In this document: positions 9,307 to 18,050 of the stretch, piece by piece
Layout of the letters: every line of letters starts with the position of its first letter
Numbering within the stretch: position 1 is the stretch's first letter
Assembly: GCA_030727685.1 (NCBI GenBank)
Contig: JANRBC010000029.1
Span: forward strand, 1-38,026
Direction of reading: 5' to 3'
Source: Ilumatobacteraceae bacterium
GTDB lineage: Bacteria > Actinomycetota > Acidimicrobiia > Acidimicrobiales > Ilumatobacteraceae
Length of the DNA stretch: 38,026 nucleotides
Translations under genes and position numbers: made by a program
The notes under the pieces: model-generated
Database searches by the model: none
The model's input: only the letters and a program-made list of their open reading frames with translations
Told to the model about the DNA's origin: nothing

Positions 9307-11214
9307 GTGCCACTAAACAACGCTGATCAAGAGATTCTCGACGCTTTACGACAGGTAACCACAGAACTCGCTAATGCCGAAGAAAGACAAGGACAAGATG
9401 AGATGGCAGTTCTGGTCGGCCGTGCATTGCGCAAGAATCGACATCTCATCGTTCAAGCAGGCACGGGTACCGGCAAAACTCTGGGTTATTTGGTTCCGGC
9501 GATCATGTCGGGTCGACGTGTCGTCGTATCGACCGTCACAAAGGCGCTTCAGGATCAGCTCTCGCAAAATGATTTGCCACTATTGGCAAAGGCGCTGAAC
9601 CCGACTCTTGATCACAAGTTGACCTGGACAGTTCTTAAGGGTCGCAGCAACTACCTTTGCCGACAACGAATTGCCGAACTCGCCGACCGTGCACAATCTC
9701 GACTCGAACTTGACGATGTTTCTGCACGAACCAAATCAGATGTTAAAAAACTCTGTGAATGGGCCGGCACAACAGAAACTGGCGACGAAGGCGAACTTGA
9801 CTGGCAACCTCAACGCAATGCTTGGTCAATGGTCAGCGTTACAAGCGAAGAGTGCCCTGGCGCATCTCGATGTCCGCATGGTGAAAGTTGTTTTTCTGAA
9901 CGTGCGCGAACAGAGAGTCAATCCTCAGACATCGTCATCGTTAACGGTTGGCTATATGCACTGGATATTGTCACTGAAGGCACGATCATCGGCGAACACG
10001 ATGTCGTAATTTTTGATGAGGCTCACGAACTTGAAGACGTTGTAACTGATTCGGCAGGTCTTGCACTTTCGCCAAGCCGAATCACATCGATTGGTTCGGC
10101 GATGCGATCGATCATCCGCGACGACGCCATGTCAGGTGGCTTTGCAAAGAGCGCCGCCAGATTACGAGATGCACTCGTGCCACACATCAACAAGCGCGTC
10201 GTTTTGCCCTTAGATAACGAATCTCGTGAAACTCTTGTCGAGGTACGCGGTCGTGCGAATGAGGCACTTGATTCATTACGAACTATCGCCACCAACGATG
10301 AATCTGCCAAGCAACGCAAACTACGCGCACAATCTCTATGCACTCGTTTCATCGAAGAAATCGATCTTGCTCTGACTAACCGCAGTGGTTATGTCGCATA
10401 TGTTGCCGGCACACCCGACCGTTGTTCGCTCGAGATGCGACCACTGAATATCGGTGCAACACTGCATGAAGCCGTGTGGTCACAGCGCACAGCCATTTTG
10501 ACCAGTGCGACAATACCCACGAATCTGCCCGAGCGAATTGGGCTTGTACCCGAGAGTTTCGACGCATGCCACGTTGCTAGTCCGTTTGACTATGAAAACA
10601 ACTCGCTTTTGTACTGCGCCTCGCATTTACCTGACCCTGCTCAAGGCCCGCGTGACAAAGCTGTTCATCGCGAAATCGAAGAGTTGATTAATGCTGCAGG
10701 CGGAAGAACTCTGGCTTTGTTCACTAGTTATGCACGCCTCAATGCTGCATACAGCGATCTCGAGAACAAACTTGACTTTAAAGTTTTGAAGCAAGATGAT
10801 TTTCCAAAAATGGAACTTCTGAGAAAATTCGCCGAAGATGAATCAACTTGTTTGTTTGCAACGCAGAGTTTTTTTCAAGGTGTCGACGTGCCAGGGCAAA
10901 CTCTCAGTCTCGTAATTATTGATCGTCTGCCGTTTCCTGTTCCGACTGATCCGTTGATGAGTGCGCGACGTGACGCCTACGGTAAGTCGGCGTTTACAGC
11001 GATCGACATACCGATTGCCGCAACCAAATTGGCACAAGCTGCAGGTCGACTGATTCGAACACAAACTGATCTCGGTGTCGTCGCAGTGCTTGACCCTCGA
11101 CTCGTCACAAAGGGTTACGGCAAATCAATCATCGAAATGTTGCCCCCAATGGAATTCACTAACAAACCAGAGCGTGCAAAAGAATTTTTAAGTTACGCAG
11201 TTAAAAGTCGATAA
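9307..11214 (+). CDS. DinG/YoaA-family Fe-S DNA helicase
   Basis: QAGTGTGKT, KGRSNYLC, Cys cluster EECPGASRCPHGESC, DEAH, QAAGRLIR. Confidence 0.92.
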   Translation: MPLNNADQEILDALRQVTTELANAEERQGQDEMAVLVGRALRKNRHLIVQAGTGTGKTLGYLVPAIMSGRRVVVSTVTKALQDQLSQNDLPLLAKALNPTLDHKLTWTVLKGRSNYLCRQRIAELADRAQSRLELDDVSARTKSDVKKLCEWAGTTETGDEGELDWQPQRNAWSMVSVTSEECPGASRCPHGESCFSERARTESQSSDIVIVNGWLYALDIVTEGTIIGEHDVVIFDEAHELEDVVTDSAGLALSPSRITSIGSAMRSIIRDDAMSGGFAKSAARLRDALVPHINKRVVLPLDNESRETLVEVRGRANEALDSLRTIATNDESAKQRKLRAQSLCTRFIEEIDLALTNRSGYVAYVAGTPDRCSLEMRPLNIGATLHEAVWSQRTAILTSATIPTNLPERIGLVPESFDACHVASPFDYENNSLLYCASHLPDPAQGPRDKAVHREIEELINAAGGRTLALFTSYARLNAAYSDLENKLDFKVLKQDDFPKMELLRKFAEDESTCLFATQSFFQGVDVPGQTLSLVIIDRLPFPVPTDPLMSARRDAYGKSAFTAIDIPIAATKLAQAAGRLIRTQTDLGVVAVLDPRLVTKGYGKSIIEMLPPMEFTNKPERAKEFLSYAVKSR

Positions 11215-11882
11215 CCCATTCCTCGAACTGTCGCAATTATTTTTGGCTCATCGGGGACATCTTCTATCTTCAATCGCAAGCGCCTGATATGTGCATCCAC
11301 AAGCCGACTGTCCCCGAGATATTCGTAACCCCACACAAGTTCAAGCAACTGGTCGCGCGACAGAACTTTGTTCGCATTTTCCATGAATATATGCAAAAGT
11401 CGATATTCGGTTTTTGTGAGCGGAAGCTCGACTCCTGCCTTTAAAACGATCCCTTGATCGCTGCGCATCTCAACATCACGCACCGTGAAGCGTTCGATCG
11501 TTGCCGAATTTGTCGACAACAGAGTTGTTCGACGCAGCGCTGCGCGAATTCGTGCCGCGAGTTCTTTTGCCACGACTGGTTTTGTCACATAGTCGTCGGC
11601 GCCGGCCTCGAGACCAGCGACTAAATCGTGAGTGTCAGTTTGTGCGGTGACCATAATTATCGGTACCAGACTTTTGCTTCGCAGTTCGCGGCAAACATCG
11701 AAACCCGACATGTCCGGCAATCTCAAATCAAGCAACACAAGGTCAACAGTCTCAGACGCAAAAGTATTTAAGCCCGATTGCCCATCAGGTGATTCGAGAA
11801 CCTTGTAACCCTCATCTTCGAGTGCAAGCCGCAATGCTGCGCGAATGGCGCGGTCATCTTCTATAAAAAGCAAAGTCTGCAC
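11193..11882 (-). CDS. OmpR/PhoB-family response regulator (MtrA/AfsQ1-like)
   Basis: IEDD, LLDLRLP phospho-Asp, GADDYVTKP, winged helix VWGYEYLGDSRLVDAHIRRLR..TVRGMGY. Confidence 0.95.
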   Translation of the reverse strand: MQTLLFIEDDRAIRAALRLALEDEGYKVLESPDGQSGLNTFASETVDLVLLDLRLPDMSGFDVCRELRSKSLVPIIMVTAQTDTHDLVAGLEAGADDYVTKPVVAKELAARIRAALRRTTLLSTNSATIERFTVRDVEMRSDQGIVLKAGVELPLTKTEYRLLHIFMENANKVLSRDQLLELVWGYEYLGDSRLVDAHIRRLRLKIEDVPDEPKIIATVRGMGYRLLTA

Positions 11883-11913
11883 GGTGCTCTATTCTGCCCT
11901 GAAGTTCAATTTT

Positions 11914-11951
11914 GTTACCAGAAAGTCACAGATTTATCGGGGTTCCGTCAA
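11914..11951. promoter_or_regulatory. OmpR-type direct-repeat binding site
   Basis: GTTAC-cagaaa-GTCAC (11914-11929) fits GTnAC-N6-GTnAC; a further in-phase half-site GTCAA at 11947-11951. Confidence 0.6.
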
Positions 11952-11973
11952 ACAGGCCAAGCAGTATTGGGTT

Positions 11974-12022
11974 GTCACACCGGCGGGAAGTCTTGCTCCC
12001 CCTTGACTCCCGCCGGTGGGGG
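11974..12022 (+). ncRNA. Candidate small RNA: GC-rich hairpin with C-rich loop
   Basis: 14-bp stem with one bulged A (CACCGGCGGGAAGTC 11978-11992 / GACTCCCGCCGGTG 12005-12018), loop TTGCTCCCCCTT; CAGTAT -10-like hexamer at 11962-11967; ends and strand are inferred. Confidence 0.45.
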
Positions 12023-12050
12023 TTGACGAAATTCCCGCAATGCTTGAGGT

Positions 12051-13508
12051 GTGCAAGGCCGATCTGAAACACCTAGCTCAGACCGAAGAAACGTGTTTTC
12101 ACGTTTAGGCGTGTTCAGACACAACCTTCGTGGTCTTCGCGGACGCATGGTGCTTTATTTCAGTCTCAGCGCATTTGCAGCGGCCGTCTCCTTGAGCATC
12201 GTCACTTACGCATCAACGAGGGCATACCTACTTGATCAACGGTCTGAACTTGCGACGAGTCAAGCCATTAATAACGCACAACTATTGCGAACACTCGTCG
12301 GCGTTAACCCACAAGATGCCGGCGACATTGTTACCAACATTCGCACCGAGGCCGGCGGCTACGCAATTCTTTATTTAAATGATGAAGATTCATTTTTTGC
12401 ACAAGAGCCACTGCGTTTCACACAATCGAATTTACCGACTGATTTATTGACAAGAACTCTCGGTGGTAAAAGTTCTCGACAACGCTTTGAATTTAATGGT
12501 GAGCCGTACGAAGCGCTCGGCATTTCAATCTCGGCGATTTCCGGACACTACTTTGAGGCGTTTCCGTTAACTGACGTTGAGCGCACGCTTAATACGATTC
12601 GAACAACGCTCACTTTCGGCATCATCTTGATCACACTTGCCGGCGGCATCTTTGGTTTTTCAAGCAGCAGCAGCGTGCTGAGACCGTTGCGCAGAGTCGC
12701 ATCAGTTGCGACCGATATCGCATCTGGTGGTTTAGATGTGCGTCTCGAAGATGAACGTGACCCCGAACTCTCAAGACTCGCCGACTCGTTTAACAACATG
12801 GTTGACGCCGTGCAAACTCGTATTCAACGAGAAACAAGATTCGCTAGCGACGTGAGTCATGAGCTTCGCTCGCCAATCACCGCACTTGCGGCTTCTGTCG
12901 AAGTGATGCAGAGTCGGCGCGACGACCTAAGTGATCGAAACAAGCAGGCGTTTGACATCATCGCAAGTCAGGTACGTCGCTTCGATCGCACGGTGCTCGA
13001 TTTGCTCGAACTTTCACGTCTGGACGCAGGTGCCGGCAGAACCCAAGAAGAAACCGTCAACCTCGCTGATCTTGTAAAACGAGTTGCGCAACGACATGGT
13101 TTCGCCGAAATTCCGTTTGCAACCAACCTTGACGACTCCGATGAAACTGTTCTCGATAAACGACGAATTGAACGCATCGTTTTGAATCTTCTCGAAAATG
13201 CACGTGATCATGCTGGTGGTGCCACAGCAATCTCGGTTACAGGCGACGAACGAGAACTGCGAATCGCTGTAGAAGATGCTGGCGCAGGTGTCGCCCAAAG
13301 CGAACGTGAAAGAATCTTCGAAAGGTTTGCTCGGGGTACGGCATCTAGAAACAGCACCGGAAGCGGACTTGGACTTGCAATTGTGCAAGAACACGCACGC
13401 GCTCTCGGGGGTAAGGCGTGGGTCGAGATAAGCACCAGCGGAGGCGCAAGGTTCATGGTTTCGATTCTGCGCAGTGGTTCAACCGAGTTAACCAAGCCGA
13501 TGTTATGA
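12051..13508 (+). CDS. Membrane sensor histidine kinase (HAMP-HisKA-HATPase)
   Basis: Two hydrophobic segments, HAMP, SDVSHELRSP H-box, NLLENA, DAGAG, IFERF, GSGLGL. Confidence 0.95.
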   Translation: MQGRSETPSSDRRNVFSRLGVFRHNLRGLRGRMVLYFSLSAFAAAVSLSIVTYASTRAYLLDQRSELATSQAINNAQLLRTLVGVNPQDAGDIVTNIRTEAGGYAILYLNDEDSFFAQEPLRFTQSNLPTDLLTRTLGGKSSRQRFEFNGEPYEALGISISAISGHYFEAFPLTDVERTLNTIRTTLTFGIILITLAGGIFGFSSSSSVLRPLRRVASVATDIASGGLDVRLEDERDPELSRLADSFNNMVDAVQTRIQRETRFASDVSHELRSPITALAASVEVMQSRRDDLSDRNKQAFDIIASQVRRFDRTVLDLLELSRLDAGAGRTQEETVNLADLVKRVAQRHGFAEIPFATNLDDSDETVLDKRRIERIVLNLLENARDHAGGATAISVTGDERELRIAVEDAGAGVAQSERERIFERFARGTASRNSTGSGLGLAIVQEHARALGGKAWVEISTSGGARFMVSILRSGSTELTKPML

Positions 13509-14131
13509 AACGAGTCTTCGCTCTTTTACTTGTTGTATCTATCACTGGCTGCGGTGTGCCACGAGCAAGCAAAATCATTGAAATATCTGCGTCAGAATTG
13601 CCACAAGAACTAAATCAACAACCAACAACTACGACTACTTCAACTACGGTCGCCGCAGACGCATCGGTCAAAGAAATTCAACAGCCCACAAGCGAAGTGC
13701 TCTCTGAGCCTGTGGAGCTTTACTACATCAGCGATGGTCGGCTCGTCGCGACTACTCAATCGATTGTTAGCCCGGCGACTATCTCGCAAGTATTGGCCGC
13801 ACTGCTCGCCGGACCACCAACTGGCGACAACGGTCTCGGTTTACGAAGCGCGCTACCCAACGAACTGAATGCCGAGATCAATGTTTCAAAAGGTGTCGCC
13901 CAGATCAACACAATTGCGGAACTCTTGACTGAGCTCTCGCCAATTGATCAGCGTTTAGCCATCGCTCAACTTGTTTTGACTTTCACCCGTCGCCCTGGCG
14001 TCGGCCAGGTAATTTTTACAGTCGACGGACAAAATGTCGCCGTGCCGCGGGGTCGCGGTGATCTTGCCAAACCCGGAGCAACTGTAAGTTTCGACGACTA
14101 CTCTTCGCTAATAGTCGCCCTTGCCGGCTAA
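13505..14131 (+). CDS. GerMN-domain lipoprotein (LpqB/AfsQ3-like accessory protein)
   Basis: Start re-placed at ATG 13505 (ATGA overlap with kinase stop); MKRVFALLLVVSITG-C lipobox, Thr-rich linker, LLAGP..GLRSALP and AIAQLVLTFT..V..V.F.VDG GerMN pattern. Confidence 0.85.
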   Translation: MKRVFALLLVVSITGCGVPRASKIIEISASELPQELNQQPTTTTTSTTVAADASVKEIQQPTSEVLSEPVELYYISDGRLVATTQSIVSPATISQVLAALLAGPPTGDNGLGLRSALPNELNAEINVSKGVAQINTIAELLTELSPIDQRLAIAQLVLTFTRRPGVGQVIFTVDGQNVAVPRGRGDLAKPGATVSFDDYSSLIVALAG

Positions 14132-16200
14132 TTATTTAGTAAACGAAATTCTTTCAGGTCTTTATCGCGACAAGTCGGGTTATCAAACAGGCCGGTTCTA
14201 AGTTTTATTTGCGCGTCAAAAACTTTGTCAAAGATCAAACCAGTCAGAAAGCCATTGGCACGAACAAGCGTCGCTTCAGCGATGCCCTCACCCTTTGAGT
14301 CAATCCTCCAACAATTGCTGAATTCGATTGGCAACAAGATCATTGAACGACCTGGCGACTCGGCAGAAATTGCAAGGTCACCATCTGAAAACTCGAATTT
14401 AACCAAACTTGCAACCACCAAATTTGTCGGTGCATTTCCGTCAACAACTACAGTTTTCGAAGCATCAAATGAATTTTCGTCGATAATTTTAAAAATACTT
14501 GACAATGATTCTGCGCTTTTGACCGAGACTGGTGAGAATGTACCGAGATTCGACTGACCCAAATCAGTTAACACATTTTCATCATCGAGTTCACTAACCA
14601 CGATATTTTCGTCGACAAAAGTTTCGGTTCGTAATTCGAGTGTCTCTTTTGGCACGACAAGATAACGCACACCTGTCATGCGATAGATATCGAAATTCTG
14701 AAAACCAAGTACGAACCGGTTGCGCAATTGTGGAGAATCTTCGTCGAGAAGAAATCTCTCATAAAATTTGAAAGCCAACGGTGTCAAAGTGTGCGAATAC
14801 TCATTTAGAAGTGGAATTCGGCCAGAAATATTCAATGGATAGTCCGGTTCTTGAAGAACATAAGCTACGCGACCGCGAAACTGCTCACCGTCTAGAAGCG
14901 AAACACGGTCAAAAAGTTCGGGTGCCACACTGAGATCATCAAGCGATCGTGGCATTGGTTCTTGAAGTGAGAATCTGAGCGATGTGATCGGCGAGACAAA
15001 CAACGTGACCAGTATCAGTGCAGCCAGAGTTGCGACAAGCAAGTTACTTTTTTGTTTTAGATTGTTGTAAATATTTCTAAAATTTCTTTGAGCGAAGTCC
15101 GAAACTAACGAAGTAATGGCTATTGCATAAATCGGACTAAGCATCCAAATGAAATAACTGATTCGTGGACCACTTTCAAATTGCCAAGTTGATTGCCAGA
15201 TGCGATAAGTCAATAAAAACAGCGCTGCGATAACAGACATTGCCCAAACGTGATTGCGACGTTTTGACACTACGACGCCACGAATTATGAAAATCGAAAG
15301 CATGAAAAAGCAGAGAATTTGAAACACATGATTGCCCTCAGCAGAGGGAGTGGGAAAGAACGCCTCAAAGACAAATTTGTGAATCGGCCAAATCTGTGGC
15401 TGGTTATAAGCACTTAGTGGCAACTCTGATGCGGCTGTGTACCGATAAAAACCATTTAGAAATGTCGGTGCCTTCAGCAAAAGCAAAAGCACCGTTGAAA
15501 ACAACAGCAGTGCAAACTGGCTGATCAAAGCCCGATGCTCTCGCCGAGTAATTGATTTAAACATTGAAGTAGCGCCGACAATTGTCAATAACGGCAGTGA
15601 AGTAACTAAAAGATGTGGCAGGACAGCAAACAGAAACAAAACTGAAAACACGAACCCAGAACCGAACATCAAGTCTCGCACCCGACTTTCAGCGTTGACC
15701 TGCAGAAAGCAAACCAAAATCACTAACGAAACGATTAAGAGCGAAGCATATTGAGGCACATGGCCAAAGAGTTCGTTATCAACCAAGGCCACTGAGTAGC
15801 CCCACAGTGTCGCGATCGAAGTGAAGGCAGCCGCAGAAATACCAGCGAACCAAGAAACGTCAAACGATTCAAATACTTTTTCCGCTAAAACAAAAACAGC
15901 AATCGAAGAAACCAACGCCACCAAGAAGTGGTTATAGGTCGAACTACCAATTGATCCGATCACCGAGACAGGATCAAGCCAAAACAAGAAGCCGCCTTGC
16001 AAGCCGCCAGCACCAAAAAGAAGGTCAGAACGCAAACTGAGGGTCTTTCCAAAGTCTGAAATCTGGTAATTAGACAACATCGCCGATAGTTGGGAATCAC
16101 CACTCATTACATCGGTTCGTCGAGAGAACAGCGAGATATAAATTAATGATGCAAATCCGAACCAAACTGTTGGAATCAACAGTCGCGGTTTGAATTTCAT
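14128..16200 (-). CDS. Large polytopic membrane protein, possibly YfhO/GT-C glycosyltransferase-like
   Basis: 690-aa ORF with many hydrophobic helices in the first ~410 aa and a soluble C-terminal domain (GVRYLV, SPGRSMILLP, LVRANG); family call tentative. Confidence 0.6.
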   Translation of the reverse strand: MKFKPRLLIPTVWFGFASLIYISLFSRRTDVMSGDSQLSAMLSNYQISDFGKTLSLRSDLLFGAGGLQGGFLFWLDPVSVIGSIGSSTYNHFLVALVSSIAVFVLAEKVFESFDVSWFAGISAAAFTSIATLWGYSVALVDNELFGHVPQYASLLIVSLVILVCFLQVNAESRVRDLMFGSGFVFSVLFLFAVLPHLLVTSLPLLTIVGATSMFKSITRREHRALISQFALLLFSTVLLLLLKAPTFLNGFYRYTAASELPLSAYNQPQIWPIHKFVFEAFFPTPSAEGNHVFQILCFFMLSIFIIRGVVVSKRRNHVWAMSVIAALFLLTYRIWQSTWQFESGPRISYFIWMLSPIYAIAITSLVSDFAQRNFRNIYNNLKQKSNLLVATLAALILVTLFVSPITSLRFSLQEPMPRSLDDLSVAPELFDRVSLLDGEQFRGRVAYVLQEPDYPLNISGRIPLLNEYSHTLTPLAFKFYERFLLDEDSPQLRNRFVLGFQNFDIYRMTGVRYLVVPKETLELRTETFVDENIVVSELDDENVLTDLGQSNLGTFSPVSVKSAESLSSIFKIIDENSFDASKTVVVDGNAPTNLVVASLVKFEFSDGDLAISAESPGRSMILLPIEFSNCWRIDSKGEGIAEATLVRANGFLTGLIFDKVFDAQIKLRTGLFDNPTCRDKDLKEFRLLNN

Positions 16201-16209
16201 AATAAAAAT

Positions 16210-17049
16210 CTAGTAGCCCAGGCGTTCGACACGATCGGCGCGACGTTGCCAGTCTTTATCGACGACGACAAACAGCTCAAGAAACGCGCCTTCAGGCATT
16301 TGCTTGCGCACCTCGATGCCGACCGACTTGAGAACACTGCCCGACTTGCCGATGACCATTCCTTTTTGACTTTCTCGCTCGACGACTATCTCGCAACGCA
16401 CTCGTGGCCACTCCCATTCGGTGACGCGTGTGGCGATTGAATACGGCAACTCGTCTCTGGTGACGGCCAACAATTGTTCTCGCACAAGCTCTGCCACCCA
16501 CTGCGCCTGAGGCGTTTCAGATGTCATCTCAGGCGGATACATCGCTTGACCAAGTGGTGCACGCTTGACAAGTTCGGCAACTAACTGGTCGACGCCTTCT
16601 CCAGTTTTAGCAGACAGCGGAAAATACTCGGCAGCGCCTAACGACGAAATCGCACTCAATTGAGCAAGCAATTTGGCTGGCGACACTGCATCAATTTTAT
16701 TGATTACGACGATTGCATTTTTGATATTGAGTTGCTCACTAACCCACTGGTCTCCGGTGCCAAATGTTTGCGTCGCGTCAATCAACAGACACACAATGTC
16801 AACATCCCTCATCGACTCAAGCGCTGTCGCGTTGACTCGCTCGCCTAATGCGGTTGTTGCTTTGTGTAATCCAGGTGTGTCAACAAAAACCAACTGAGTG
16901 TCGTCTTTGTTTAAAATGCCCCGTACGCGAGTTCGTGTGGTTTGTGGCTTGTTTGAGACGATGCTGACTTTCTTGCCAACCAAAGCATTGATCAACGTTG
17001 ACTTGCCAACATTGGGCCGACCTACTAACGAAACAAAGGCGCTACGCAC
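16210..17049 (-). CDS. era: GTPase Era
   Basis: GRPNVGKST, KPQTTR, DTPG, NKID, SAK; KH domain ELPYS..SQKGMVIGK. Confidence 0.96.
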   Translation of the reverse strand: MRSAFVSLVGRPNVGKSTLINALVGKKVSIVSNKPQTTRTRVRGILNKDDTQLVFVDTPGLHKATTALGERVNATALESMRDVDIVCLLIDATQTFGTGDQWVSEQLNIKNAIVVINKIDAVSPAKLLAQLSAISSLGAAEYFPLSAKTGEGVDQLVAELVKRAPLGQAMYPPEMTSETPQAQWVAELVREQLLAVTRDELPYSIATRVTEWEWPRVRCEIVVERESQKGMVIGKSGSVLKSVGIEVRKQMPEGAFLELFVVVDKDWQRRADRVERLGY

Positions 17050-17097
17050 GAAAGAAGGCTACCGAGACGAGATGGTTTGATCTGCCACAATTGACTA

Positions 17098-17538
17098 ATG
17101 CTAAACATTGATTGGCGCAAATGGTTTGATCGAATGCAACCCCAAACGCTGCAGATTGCGGCGATGTTGCTCTACCTAAATGGCTTTTTCGCTTTGATAA
17201 GCGTCATAGATTCGACCGACTATTTGGGCTATCTACGCAATCGTTTTGCACTCGGGCTCATAGTCGGCTTGGTCGTCGTGGCTTTGCACGCATTATCGGG
17301 TTTGTTCATGGCCAACAACCTCAAACTTGGCTACAAATTCGCGATTGCCGCAGCATTTTCGCCATTCGTGCTTCGCTTTGCGGCATATACCGATCTCGAG
17401 AACACAAGTGGTATCAGCACAACGCTTTATCGCAAGCTGAGTGGTGGCAGCACCTTGAGTCTGATTTTTGAAGTGGCTTTGTGTGCTCTTATTTTGCATC
17501 CGCAAAGCCGAAGCCACCAGAAGATTTGGTATCGCTAG
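17098..17538 (+). CDS. Hypothetical integral membrane protein
   Basis: 146-aa ORF with about four hydrophobic segments; CACAAT 6 nt before ATG. Confidence 0.75.
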   Translation: MLNIDWRKWFDRMQPQTLQIAAMLLYLNGFFALISVIDSTDYLGYLRNRFALGLIVGLVVVALHALSGLFMANNLKLGYKFAIAAAFSPFVLRFAAYTDLENTSGISTTLYRKLSGGSTLSLIFEVALCALILHPQSRSHQKIWYR

Positions 17539-17580
17539 TTCATTTCGTCACGAAGCCCAACGACCTGCCACACTTGATCT

Positions 17581-18039
17581 ATGCCAAAACTAATTATCAA
17601 AAGTGTTGACGAACTCAAAAGTTTGATTGGAAAACATCTCGGATTTTCGGACTACTCAACGATCACGCAAGAACAGGTGAATATATTCGCCGATGCGACT
17701 GGCGACCATCAATGGATCCATATCGATGTTGAGCGTGCAAAAGCCGGCCCATTCGGTGGACCAATCGCCCACGGCTATCTGACTTTGTCACTCGGGCCGG
17801 TTTTTCTGCCACAAATTTTTGGCGTGGAAGGTGTGGCAATGGGAGTGAATTACGGAACAAATAAAGTTCGCTTTCCGTCACCTGTGCCAGTCGGCTCAAA
17901 ACTTCGTGCTGGCGTAAAACTTTTAAATGTCGAAGATGTAACTGGCGGTGTTCAAGTAACACTTGAGACGACTTTCGAAGTCGAAGGCGCCAAGAAGCCT
18001 TCTTGTGTCGCTGAAGTCGTCTTTCGTTATTACTTGTAA
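17581..18039 (+). CDS. MaoC-family dehydratase
   Basis: FADATGDHQWIHID, GPIAHGYLTLSL, NYGTNKVRFPSPVPVG. Confidence 0.92.
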   Translation: MPKLIIKSVDELKSLIGKHLGFSDYSTITQEQVNIFADATGDHQWIHIDVERAKAGPFGGPIAHGYLTLSLGPVFLPQIFGVEGVAMGVNYGTNKVRFPSPVPVGSKLRAGVKLLNVEDVTGGVQVTLETTFEVEGAKKPSCVAEVVFRYYL

Positions 18040-18050
18040 GTACGAATTGA

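Noticed and set aside
9260..9320. Frameshift or readthrough restoring an RRFGG tail to uppS
   Set aside because: The three forward frames past the stop give LTRSQRQTRDSS, VDKITTTNERFKCH* or an immediate stop; none contains RxG, and the helicase starts at 9307.
11978..12018. Hairpin as an intrinsic terminator or as 6C RNA
   Set aside because: No U-tract and no convergent upstream gene; 6C RNA has two C-rich hairpins and only one is present.
13418..13504. Longer start for the lipoprotein
   Set aside because: Lies inside the kinase gene; the signal peptide begins at ATG 13505.
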